A DNA stretch of 43,828 nt from IMG/VR virus record IMGVR_UViG_3300048914_000068, positions 1-43,828 of that record, one strand, 5' to 3'. Source of the stretch: a virus. Made by a program: the position numbers and the translations under genes. Below are positions 8,974 to 16,656 of this stretch, in pieces. Under the pieces are notes generated by a model, which searched no databases, was not told where the DNA came from, and saw only the letters and a program-made list of their open reading frames with translations. The stretch's first letter is position 1; each line of letters starts with the position of its first letter.

Positions 8974-9273
8974 TCACCGCCTCTCTAGTAGTTCGTCTAC
9001 ACCATCATACGAGTCGACGATCTCAACCCGCTGCCCCATCGCCCGCAGGCGTGCATGCTCGCGCGCCTGCTTGCGCTCGTGGGCGTTCTTGGGAAACGCG
9101 GCCTTGCCGCCTGGTGTCTTAACCTCGACCCACACCGGTTGCTCGCAGAGTGGCAGCATCACCAGCCGATCCGGCGCGCCTTCCCGTCCGATCCACTTGA
9201 CCTTGCGTACCTCTCCGCCGTAGCTCTTGGCCATCTTCACAAGGTAGTTCTCAATGTCAGATTCGCGTGTCAT
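8974..9273 (-). CDS. VRR-NUC domain nuclease (99 aa)
   Basis: PD-(D/E)xK-type pattern GAPDRLVML...VWVEVKTPGGK, plus size typical of VRR-NUC. Confidence 0.7.
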   Translation of the reverse strand: MTRESDIENYLVKMAKSYGGEVRKVKWIGREGAPDRLVMLPLCEQPVWVEVKTPGGKAAFPKNAHERKQAREHARLRAMGQRVEIVDSYDGVDELLERR

Positions 9274-9554
9274 TTCGTAGCCCTCTGCAAGCGGTTGGAC
9301 AAGTCGTACAGATACCCCGCCGCGCTGCGAAGGTTGTCGTGCTGGCCCCCTTCTTGCAGCGCCGATGCTACGCTGTCGACCGCCGCTGCGGTCTCCCTAA
9401 GCTTATCGACGTCCTCACGCCAGGGGCCGAGGGTATGCCCCCCAACGCGGGCCACGTTGCACACCCCGCGGATGTTGTCGGCGATGGTCATCAGGCCCTC
9501 CATCAGCTCGCGGTTCACCTGTTCCAGCTCTCCCCTAGTCATCGCTCTCGGCAT
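9270..9554 (-). CDS. Hypothetical helical protein (94 aa), first gene behind promoter P_A
   Basis: Track ORF; ATG 9554 lies about 32 nt downstream of the predicted transcription start. Confidence 0.55.
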   Translation of the reverse strand: MPRAMTRGELEQVNRELMEGLMTIADNIRGVCNVARVGGHTLGPWREDVDKLRETAAAVDSVASALQEGGQHDNLRSAAGYLYDLSNRLQRATK

Positions 9555-9592
9555 GTCAATCCCCGTCTCCCCATTGATCGTTCAGTACACTC

Positions 9593-9621
9593 AATGTAGC
9601 AAACGCTAAACACGTAGTCAA
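9593..9621 (-). promoter_or_regulatory. Early/middle promoter P_A: TTGACT-17 nt-TACATT (- strand) with embedded TAGCAAACGCTA box
   Basis: - strand reads TTGACTACGTGTTTAGCGTTTGCTACATT, one of three near-identical copies. A degenerate second box TAGTAACGCTA lies at 9647-9657. Confidence 0.65.
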
Positions 9622-9681
9622 GGAAGGTTTTCATGCCGTGGTATGCTAGTAACGCTATCAACTTAATAAAAAGGAAAAACC

Positions 9682-10119
9682 ATGAGAGGCGCACTTGTAG
9701 TCACCCGTAATGACCAGTGGTTCCCCACAGCGGTGGACGGGACGAATTACCCAGTATTGTTTGGAGACACCATTTACGACACAGATAACTTCTTCACCCC
9801 TATCACGCCGGGTGTTTTCACGATTCCGCAGGGTGTGACGATGGCAAGGATTTCTGCCTCAGTCATATGGTCACCTGAGTACACCACCGGAGCGCGTCAA
9901 CTAGTGATAAAGAAAGGCCCGAACCAAGAGTTTTTTAACGGCGTCTCCCCTGATAATCGCTTAGCAATCAGTGGGACGACCACGGATCAGGCAGTTCATA
10001 CGCCATGGATCCCAGTCACCCCCGGGGACACGTTTTGGGCCATGGTGTGGCAAACATCAGGCCATGAACTGGCCGTATTAAAGTCTAACGGAACGTGGTT
10101 TGCAATCGAGGCTATCTAG
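9682..10119 (+). CDS. Opposite-strand accessory gene: beta-rich 145-aa protein (possible C1q/TNF-like jelly-roll; low-confidence fold guess)
   Basis: Only + strand ORF inside the - strand arm. AAAAGGAAAAACC precedes the ATG. Visibly lower GC than its flanks. Followed by a hairpin at 10120-10146. Confidence 0.6.
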   Translation: MRGALVVTRNDQWFPTAVDGTNYPVLFGDTIYDTDNFFTPITPGVFTIPQGVTMARISASVIWSPEYTTGARQLVIKKGPNQEFFNGVSPDNRLAISGTTTDQAVHTPWIPVTPGDTFWAMVWQTSGHELAVLKSNGTWFAIEAI

Positions 10120-10146
10120 GCAAGGGCTCTCCTTGCTGGCAATTTT
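10120..10146. terminator. Weak bidirectional hairpin between convergent genes (GCAAGG-gctct-CCTTGC then AATTTT)
   Basis: 6-bp stem and a short T-run on the + strand only. Confidence 0.3.
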
Positions 10147-10190
10147 GCCGACGTCAGCTTACTGGTCTGCTTCTATTGGCTCTGGGGCGG

Positions 10191-10709
10191 TTAGGTGTTG
10201 CTGATGGTCGGCATTTCGCAGTTGTCTAGTGCCCAGCCAATCCAAAACTCCAACCACAGGAGGCGCGCTAGCGTAGGGTCTTCGCCGTTGTCGATTTCGT
10301 TCCATTCTTTATCCATGTCCCAAAACCCGGCTGGCTTCCCGCCGTTCGAGCGTTCACGCTTGGCTCTGGCCGCTGCGATGTATTCCAAATCCCCAGGAAG
10401 TAGCGCGAACGCGCCGGGGTGTTCTGCCAGTAGCGGCGTCTCGCGGTGAAAATCTTCGGTGCAATCCATATACCTGCGGATATCACGATTCCAACCTTGA
10501 CCATAAAACAGTTCGGTTATGCCAGCGTCGTCGCAGAACTTGGACCACGCTGTATAAGACGAGCTACGGCTGTTGCTGTTTTTCGTAAATGGGCAATGCG
10601 TTGGTGCATCTGGATGGGTTGCTGGCGTCACGTCAATGCGGATATATTCGTCGCCCTTATGGTATTGAAGGCATGCATTGCCGATAATGATGTTGTAGCC
10701 CATCTTCAT
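10191..10709 (-). CDS. Hypothetical protein (172 aa; MKMGYNIIIGN...)
   Basis: Start chosen at ATG 10709, which overlaps the upstream stop (ATGA) and follows AAGGAAGGGG. The track's longer 204-aa form would overlap the upstream gene by about 100 nt. Confidence 0.6.
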   Translation of the reverse strand: MKMGYNIIIGNACLQYHKGDEYIRIDVTPATHPDAPTHCPFTKNSNSRSSSYTAWSKFCDDAGITELFYGQGWNRDIRRYMDCTEDFHRETPLLAEHPGAFALLPGDLEYIAAARAKRERSNGGKPAGFWDMDKEWNEIDNGEDPTLARLLWLEFWIGWALDNCEMPTISNT

Positions 10710-11134
10710 TCCCCTTCCTTCTGCGGTGCGGCGGCTTGCGCTGGCTGCTGTGCTAACTGTGGTGCGACCTCTACCATTGATCGAAAAACAGCATTCCCCG
10801 TCCATATTTTGTTGAGTATCGTTGTCTCAATCCGAATAGCTTGCGCTCCCGCTGTCTGCATTTCTTTTGTCGGCTCAATCGGCACAAGCTTCCACTTTGA
10901 ATCGTCATAAGTGATTGTCTTGGTCATTTGGAGTCCTTGAGTTCGCGCAATGTTCTGAGAGCGTGCATCTTGTGACTTTCCGTTCTTCTCCGCGAGCACA
11001 TAGGAATAGTATTTGTCGAGCCACTTCTTTAGCCTATTCATTTGCTCGGGAGTTCCGTAAGCGACTTCCTCCGCGTCGCCATCGAATGCAATTGTTAGTG
11101 GAATCCATCCGTTCGGCAGTATGGTCTTGATCAT
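10706..11134 (-). CDS. Hypothetical protein (142 aa; MIKTILPNGW...)
   Basis: Start at ATG 11134 overlaps the methylase stop (ATGA). C-terminus is Ala/Gln/Pro-rich and ends in ...QKEGE. Confidence 0.6.
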   Translation of the reverse strand: MIKTILPNGWIPLTIAFDGDAEEVAYGTPEQMNRLKKWLDKYYSYVLAEKNGKSQDARSQNIARTQGLQMTKTITYDDSKWKLVPIEPTKEMQTAGAQAIRIETTILNKIWTGNAVFRSMVEVAPQLAQQPAQAAAPQKEGE

Positions 11135-11640
11135 TTGCTTTCCTCCTCCTCTTGTTTTGTCATGATCGTTGTCACATGGCCAAGGCCACTTGCTGTCAAC
11201 GCTGCGACATTGCTTGAGCCATACGCCACAAGACATATCGGTGCGCCGCTGTTGAATGCAGCACGGACGCCGTCAACGAAATGGAAGTGCGGCCTGCCCT
11301 TGATGAAAAGTACGGCGTCGGCAGCGCCCCATACACACTCATAGAACATCTGCGTTTCAGTTCGCGCTGGGATTAGAGCAATTCCGTTCCCATGCACTAC
11401 CATGCGCCGCAGCCATTTGACCGCCGCCCGGCCAAAAGGCGGGTTACACCACACGCGCCCCTCCCAAGTCTGCATAAGGCCGTCATCCGCGATGGTGTAA
11501 TGCTTTCTGGCCGTATCCCACGGTCGAACTATTGGCGCGCATGGATCGAGGTCGAAGACTCCAAGAGCTTGCGTAATTTCAGGTGGCGTCAACCATTCGT
11601 CGTTCTTCATTCTTGCGCTCTGATGCCCTGATAAGCTCAC
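11131..11640 (-). CDS. dam: Phage-type DNA N6-adenine methyltransferase (Dam family), 169 aa (or 159 aa from ATG 11610)
   Basis: DEWLTPPEI, FDLDPCA, DGLMQTWEGRVWCNPPFG (NPPF catalytic motif). No cognate restriction gene is present. Confidence 0.8.
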   Translation of the reverse strand: MSLSGHQSARMKNDEWLTPPEITQALGVFDLDPCAPIVRPWDTARKHYTIADDGLMQTWEGRVWCNPPFGRAAVKWLRRMVVHGNGIALIPARTETQMFYECVWGAADAVLFIKGRPHFHFVDGVRAAFNSGAPICLVAYGSSNVAALTASGLGHVTTIMTKQEEEESK

Positions 11641-11867
11641 GTCCCGCTTTCCTGTGGCTTCTGCTGCTCTAGCTTGGCTAACATTGCTTTAAGGCTTTTG
11701 CCAACTCTGTTCATGCGCTCAACGTTGTGTTGAAAACACCAATAGGGACTCCATGCAGTTCCGGCAGGATCGTTGCAACCCTTTTCAATGCACGATTTCC
11801 CGGTGTGATAGAAAGATGAGTTCCCTTCATCTTTAGGGTCTGCATATCGATCTACAGTCATGCTCAT
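11637..11867 (-). CDS. Hypothetical Cys-containing protein (76 aa; MSMTVDRYADPKD...), ends ...LEQQKPQESGT
   Basis: Start at ATG 11867 overlaps the upstream stop inside the conserved linker. The track's 117-aa form overlaps the upstream gene in another frame. Confidence 0.55.
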   Translation of the reverse strand: MSMTVDRYADPKDEGNSSFYHTGKSCIEKGCNDPAGTAWSPYWCFQHNVERMNRVGKSLKAMLAKLEQQKPQESGT

Positions 11868-12106
11868 TCCCCTTTCTGCTGCTCTAGCGAAAACAGGTAA
11901 CGCAACCAATCTTGCGCTCCGCTTTTTGTTATAGTTGTGTCTTTGTGTTGATCTATAACCCACCCAGGCCATAGCTCGGCAAACCCGCATTCAGTTAAAT
12001 GGGCGCGCATCATGCCAACAGACACACTACTCGTACCTCCGTACAAACGAAGAAAGGCTCTAACTGCTTTGTTCTCGCCATGGCTAATCAATAATTCACT
12101 GGACAT
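11864..12106 (-). CDS. Hypothetical protein (80 aa), ends ...LEQQKGE
   Basis: ATG 12106 shares one base with the upstream TGA (TGATG). Conserved linker at both ends. Confidence 0.55.
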   Translation of the reverse strand: MSSELLISHGENKAVRAFLRLYGGTSSVSVGMMRAHLTECGFAELWPGWVIDQHKDTTITKSGAQDWLRYLFSLEQQKGE

Positions 12107-12444
12107 CACTCACTCCCTTTCTGCTGCTCTAGCTCCAGCTTTGCTTCAAGTTCTGCACGCCTGTTCGTTGCAGACCTGCTTTCTACATAGTTCGAACATT
12201 TGATGGTTTCACTTGATGGGCCGGTTGTGCGTCCGTTTACGTTTCGTTCTTTGGGGCAGCTGGACGACTTCATCCACTTATCGCAATCACCGCAACGAGT
12301 TCCAATAAGACGAATATCAGAGGAAAGTCGGTTTATACGATCCAGCCTGTGGACGTGTTCAGAAAATTTCCCGGCCCATCCCCATATCTCGCGGCCATCT
12401 GGCGATATTTCACTCGGCAAGTGAGGTAATTGGTCCATCTTCAT
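12106..12444 (-). CDS. Hypothetical Cys-rich protein (112 aa), ends ...LEQQKGSE
   Basis: Track ORF; ATGA overlap; contains a CGDCDKW...SSCPKE...KCSNY cysteine pattern. Confidence 0.6.
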   Translation of the reverse strand: MKMDQLPHLPSEISPDGREIWGWAGKFSEHVHRLDRINRLSSDIRLIGTRCGDCDKWMKSSSCPKERNVNGRTTGPSSETIKCSNYVESRSATNRRAELEAKLELEQQKGSE

Positions 12445-12869
12445 TCTCCTTTCTGCTGCTCTAGCTTGAGCAACTCAGCGCCGATTACCTCGGCATGTGC
12501 ACGATTGGCATAGTCAAGTTTTAGTAACGCCTCTAGCTCTGGCGATTCCACATCGATGGCTCTGAACGCATACAGCTTGATTCCCGACTCAAACTTTCCG
12601 CCTTCTCTGTTATAGGCCCATGCGTGGCCATCGTCGTCAGTGATACCCACTAGCAGCGCCCTCTCGCTGCTGGAGGGTTGCGCCTCTTGCGATTGCGAGC
12701 GACGGTTCCAGTGTTTTATCGCATCGTTTGGATTCGCATGAACCGTTCCATCAGTTGAGCCACATCCAAGATCAGAGCATTGAACCCAATACTCAACGCC
12801 AAAGTCGTCTTGAACGTCTGCTTCGGCTCCACAGAACGGACAGCGCTCGATTTCTTGTGTGCTGTTCAT
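12441..12869 (-). CDS. Lar-like restriction-alleviation zinc-ribbon domain fused to an unknown C-terminal domain (142 aa), ends ...LEQQKGE
   Basis: N-terminus CPFCGAEADV...YWVQCSDLGCG...NDAIKHWNRR matches the Lar family pattern (CPFCG ... C..CG ... A...WNRR). Confidence 0.6.
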   Translation of the reverse strand: MNSTQEIERCPFCGAEADVQDDFGVEYWVQCSDLGCGSTDGTVHANPNDAIKHWNRRSQSQEAQPSSSERALLVGITDDDGHAWAYNREGGKFESGIKLYAFRAIDVESPELEALLKLDYANRAHAEVIGAELLKLEQQKGE

Positions 12870-13753
12870 TTAGCGGCTCCTTGCATGGCGGCGCGCATAG
12901 CCTTGCGCAATTCCTTTAAGATGAAGGAAATCGATAGAGCACTTTCGGCGGCATCGTAAATCAGCCCATTTGGAAGATCTGGATATTTTTCTCGATTGAA
13001 GAATTCCGCGTTATCTAGCTTGGAATGAATCTTGTTTGCGCAGTGTTCAATCAGGTCTAAATTGCGTTTAACGGCATCGCGCAATAGCGGCTTCCATACC
13101 TGTGCTGGCTGTACGGCATAGAAATTGGAGCGGATGGATTCGGCAGCATTCAGAAAATCCATGGCTTCTTGAATGTCAGTCTCTCCGTATGGCCCATCAC
13201 CCAGCACGTTGAGAGCTGCCAGTGCCGACTTCGAGTCCCACGTTACAGAGGCGCTTGCCGATTGCGTCGATTGAGGTAGAGCGGCATGCCATCCATTGGA
13301 AAACCACGCTCTTGCGTCTTCTGTTTCTTCTTTCCCATAAATACAGCCTTGCATTGCCTTATCAAACGCTTCCCGCTCATCCGCTTTCTGCTCTCCCTGC
13401 GCATCGGATTGCTTTGATTGGATGAACGCAGCCGCGTCATTGAACAGCCTTCTCACGTCCTCCGAGTAAGAGCCGTCATTCGCGTAACGCTGAAGGAATA
13501 GAAGAACGGCTTGTCTTGCTACCTCCTCTTGCGCTACCCCCTCTTGCGCTACCTCCTCTTGCTCGGCTGGGCAAACCCGAACGAATTTCCCATTTTCGAT
13601 TTCGATTTGGTAGAACTCCCCGGTTCGCAGCTCGCCGAGTTCATATTCGTCCGGCACCCACGCAACGCCAATCCCACTATTCACTGCACCTACATAAGTG
13701 AACGCGCGCGGTCGATGGCCTATACGCCCAACATATTTTGCTTTGATTGCCAT
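12866..13753 (-). CDS. Hypothetical protein (295 aa) with an EEVAQ/EGVAQ/EEVAR pentapeptide repeat; first gene behind promoter P_B
   Basis: Track ORF; 15-nt tandem repeat at about 13515-13562. Confidence 0.6.
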   Translation of the reverse strand: MAIKAKYVGRIGHRPRAFTYVGAVNSGIGVAWVPDEYELGELRTGEFYQIEIENGKFVRVCPAEQEEVAQEGVAQEEVARQAVLLFLQRYANDGSYSEDVRRLFNDAAAFIQSKQSDAQGEQKADEREAFDKAMQGCIYGKEETEDARAWFSNGWHAALPQSTQSASASVTWDSKSALAALNVLGDGPYGETDIQEAMDFLNAAESIRSNFYAVQPAQVWKPLLRDAVKRNLDLIEHCANKIHSKLDNAEFFNREKYPDLPNGLIYDAAESALSISFILKELRKAMRAAMQGAAK

Positions 13754-13799
13754 GATCTCTTCCCCTTTATCTGATTTGCCGCATCGTCAGGTGTTCCTA

Positions 13800-13828
13800 A
13801 ATGTAGCAAATGCTAAACGTTAAGTCAA
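13800..13828 (-). promoter_or_regulatory. Early/middle promoter P_B: TTGACT-17 nt-TACATT (- strand) with TAGCAAATGCTA box
   Basis: - strand reads TTGACTTAACGTTTAGCATTTGCTACATT. The -35 hexamer contains the TGA stop of the DNA polymerase gene. Confidence 0.65.
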
Positions 13829-15945
13829 TCCTTTTTATAGCGAGGACCTTCAAACCCAGCCGATGCCAACGGCAACCCGGGTGCCCAATCGGGTACGGTG
13901 GACATGAGCGAGGTCAAGCCGTCAACGCTGAAATATTCCACGTCTGGAACCTCCGTCAGTAGTTCGTCATGCACGCTCAAAATAATTTCATACCCGGAAT
14001 CATCAATCATTGGCATGTTGTCCGCGAGTACGTCACGGCTTGCCGCCTGCGTGATGTTCTCAAACATCTTGCCGCCGTACGTCTTGATCCGCTGCCACTT
14101 GCGTGTGTACTGGTTGACGCCCATGTAACTGATTTCCCCTTTGTCGTTGACCTGGGGGGAGGGGTAGCACAGCAACCGCCCCGATGGTAGGCGGCACTTC
14201 AACCACGCACCATCACGCCGGAACGGGGTCTTGATCGGCACGGATACCGTGTCGCCATTGCGCCAGAACCTGCCGACGGAAACCCATTCGCCGGGGCTGC
14301 TGATGGCCTCGACCGCCGCAGCCTTCAGCGCCGGCCACGTGTTCGTGATGCCGGGGTGGGCGCCGCGCCACAACCGTTTCAACGCATCGCAGGCGATGAA
14401 CACCTCATGCGGCAGGCCGAAGGTCGAACGCCGCTGCTTGATCGTCCAGTCGTAGAAACCCCTTGCTTCCCCCAGCACGGCGTCGGGGATGGTCGGCAAG
14501 GCAGCTTTCGCCATGGCGTCAAGATCAATCCGGTAGGTTGCGGCTCCTGTCAGGAATGCGCCGACACCGCCTTCATACTGAAGCATCAACTCCATCACCT
14601 TACCGATCTGGCGCATCAAGTCGTCGACATCGTCTACGTGGATGCCAAACGCCTTGGCGTAGGCAACTTTGTAGAGATCCGGGCCGGTACCATCGTCGTA
14701 TTCCTGGAACTTCACCAGCTTCCACCCTTCACCAGCGAGCCACGCGGCCATGCGCCCCTCGATGTTGGCCAAGTCCCCCACGACCAGCTTCTTGCCGGGG
14801 GGTGCGATGATGCAGCCGCGCACCAGGGAGCCGAGCACTTCCATCGGGTTCTCATAGATGAGATCCACCGCACCGGCCTTGATGTCGTCCGCTGCTTCTT
14901 CCCACAGTTTCTTGATGTACTTCGGCACACGCGACAGGTTCTGCGGCTGGAAGGTGCGGCCGGCCCATCGTCCCGTGCGGGACGCGCCGGCGAACTGCAA
15001 GGTGCCACGCAACCGACCGTCACTCGACGCGCCGCGCACAACAGCCTTGTACTTGGCAACACTGGCGGTGCTGGCTTGGAGCCGGATAGCCAAGAGATCA
15101 CGCAACTCGATCGGCAGGTCCGGGTCTTCGATGCGGCGTTCCAGCGTGTCCTTCTGCAAGTCGGGCAGGGCCACGCCGTAATCCATCAAGATGTACTCCA
15201 ACAACTTATCGCGCTTCGTGGCCGACTCGACTTGTCCGTCCGTCATCTCCTGCGTCACTGACTTCAGCCGTTTCTGTTCCCGTGCTACGGCTTCAATGGC
15301 TGCGTTCGCGAGATCGAGATCGACGCAGAAACCCCTATCGTTGACCTTCTGGTCTAGGTGCCACAGCGCCAGCTCGTCGCCACGGTAATTCCATTTCGGG
15401 CATTTCTTGTAGAGTTCGCGCATCGCCAGCACGTCATGGTCGCCGTAGTCAACGAACTGCGCCCACTCCTCGGGGTGAGTCTCCTTCGTGGCGCGGCGCA
15501 GCTTCATGTTCTTCGGGCGCGGCTTGCAGAAGAGTTGGATCAACTGCTTACCGGTATCGAGTTTGCGCTTGTCCTGATCGACTTTCAGCACATCACCCAG
15601 CTTCTCCAAACCGCCCGGGAGGGAGTGCGCCAATGCCTGCACCATCGTGTCCCGCCAACGATAGATTTGACCCCCCACCTCGCGCATAAGCGGTGTTGAG
15701 TTCGTCGCCAAACGGAAGACGGTGCGGTCGAATTGGCTGTTTTGAAACACGATCTCGTCGGCTTCAGCGAGTGCGGCGGCGAGGTCGTCCGGCATGTCCT
15801 CGCCTGTCGTCAAGTCCCAGCAATTGACCGGGCCGTCATCGATCGCATAGAAGAACAACATGATCTCGCACGCTTCGGCGTAAGCATACGTGCCGTGCGC
15901 GATCGGCTTTTCGCAATAGGTTTCCAGATCGCCGAACAGGATCAT
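13825..15945 (-). CDS. Family-A DNA polymerase with N-terminal 3'-5' exonuclease domain (706 aa)
   Basis: Exo I FGDLETY; polymerase motifs DLANIEGR, RQIGKVMELMLQYEGG, SVHDELLTEV. Confidence 0.9.
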   Translation of the reverse strand: MILFGDLETYCEKPIAHGTYAYAEACEIMLFFYAIDDGPVNCWDLTTGEDMPDDLAAALAEADEIVFQNSQFDRTVFRLATNSTPLMREVGGQIYRWRDTMVQALAHSLPGGLEKLGDVLKVDQDKRKLDTGKQLIQLFCKPRPKNMKLRRATKETHPEEWAQFVDYGDHDVLAMRELYKKCPKWNYRGDELALWHLDQKVNDRGFCVDLDLANAAIEAVAREQKRLKSVTQEMTDGQVESATKRDKLLEYILMDYGVALPDLQKDTLERRIEDPDLPIELRDLLAIRLQASTASVAKYKAVVRGASSDGRLRGTLQFAGASRTGRWAGRTFQPQNLSRVPKYIKKLWEEAADDIKAGAVDLIYENPMEVLGSLVRGCIIAPPGKKLVVGDLANIEGRMAAWLAGEGWKLVKFQEYDDGTGPDLYKVAYAKAFGIHVDDVDDLMRQIGKVMELMLQYEGGVGAFLTGAATYRIDLDAMAKAALPTIPDAVLGEARGFYDWTIKQRRSTFGLPHEVFIACDALKRLWRGAHPGITNTWPALKAAAVEAISSPGEWVSVGRFWRNGDTVSVPIKTPFRRDGAWLKCRLPSGRLLCYPSPQVNDKGEISYMGVNQYTRKWQRIKTYGGKMFENITQAASRDVLADNMPMIDDSGYEIILSVHDELLTEVPDVEYFSVDGLTSLMSTVPDWAPGLPLASAGFEGPRYKKD

Positions 15946-16133
15946 TGCATTCTCATAGGTGCAGGCATTACAAACAGGGGGCCTTCATCCGTTTCGATGA
16001 GAGCGGCTTCTCTGGCGGTCATTAGCGCGTTCATCGCTTGCTCATGTTCGCGTCGGATGATCCGGGCGCGTTGGTAGCCGTCGTACCACCACGCACGGGC
16101 GGGAGTGCTGCACCGACGGCGGCGCGTCCTCAT
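15942..16133 (-). CDS. Hypothetical basic protein (63 aa)
   Basis: Track ORF; ATGA overlaps on both sides. Confidence 0.45.
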   Translation of the reverse strand: MRTRRRRCSTPARAWWYDGYQRARIIRREHEQAMNALMTAREAALIETDEGPLFVMPAPMRMQ

Positions 16134-16345
16134 ACCCCTCCCCCAAGTGATGCTACTTGCCGCGTCAACTCGTCGATTTGCTCTTCCAAGTCCTTAATAT
16201 AGTCTTCCGCCTCCCCTAGTTCTTGGGTTATGCCACGTAGGCCAGCGTTCAACCTGCGGGCTACTTCGGCGCTAGCCTGCGCGTCCTTCGGGCTCGCGTA
16301 GCACCAACGTTCTAGTTCGTTGTTCGTCAACCGTTCGTACAGCAT
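16130..16345 (-). CDS. Hypothetical coiled-coil protein (71 aa from ATG 16345; the track form starts at TTG 16360)
   Basis: GGAG lies 9 nt upstream of ATG 16345. Helical acidic sequence. Confidence 0.5.
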   Translation of the reverse strand: MLYERLTNNELERWCYASPKDAQASAEVARRLNAGLRGITQELGEAEDYIKDLEEQIDELTRQVASLGGGV

Positions 16346-16656
16346 CCCTATCTCCCCCAAGGTAAAGACCGTTGTCCTGATTAACGTTTAGTGCAGTTAC
16401 CGACGTCCCAACGCGTGCGCAGCATACCCCCGCTTATGGACAGATCGAGTACGGGTGGAGCGGGGTTAGCGATCAGAACCGTTCAAACACCGACGTGGTC
16501 ACTCCGTCGTTCATAGAAAGGGGGGCGTCCCCGTACTGCCAGCAGGTGCTTGGGTGGAGGATCCCATGCTAGCCCTTCGGTCGGGTCGTTGTGCCGATTC
16601 CTCGCGCTCACGCCGCCGGGTCTCCTCCACCCAAGCACCCGAAGGTGCCCCCTACC
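16346..16656 (-). other. 311-nt highly structured non-coding region between the SSB and polymerase-side genes (candidate ncRNA / leader / origin)
   Basis: Perfect 17-bp inverted repeat 16545-16561 / 16623-16639. GCACC-UUCG-GGUGC tetraloop hairpin (16635-16648) competes for the same GCACC. 7-bp stem 16428-16434 / 16459-16465. GGGTGGAG occurs 3 times. No ORF of 60 aa or more on the - strand. Confidence 0.5.

Noticed and set aside
11637-11990. Long forms of several - strand track ORFs: 11637..11990, 10191..10805, 10706..11236, 16657..17355, 17436..18845, 20405..20629.
   Set aside because: Their upstream extensions overlap the preceding gene in another frame and are Arg/Cys/Ser-rich. Internal ATGs with SD boxes or ATGA coupling at the preceding stop give non-overlapping gene sets.
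16346-16656. A tRNA or small protein gene in the structured intergenic region.
   Set aside because: I could not fold a cloverleaf; there is no GTTCRANYC T-loop with matching stems and no acceptor pairing. The only ATG-initiated - strand ORF is 18 codons with no SD. The three overlapping + strand track ORFs (16550.., 16554.., 16591..) are Pro/Arg/Ser-rich shadows.
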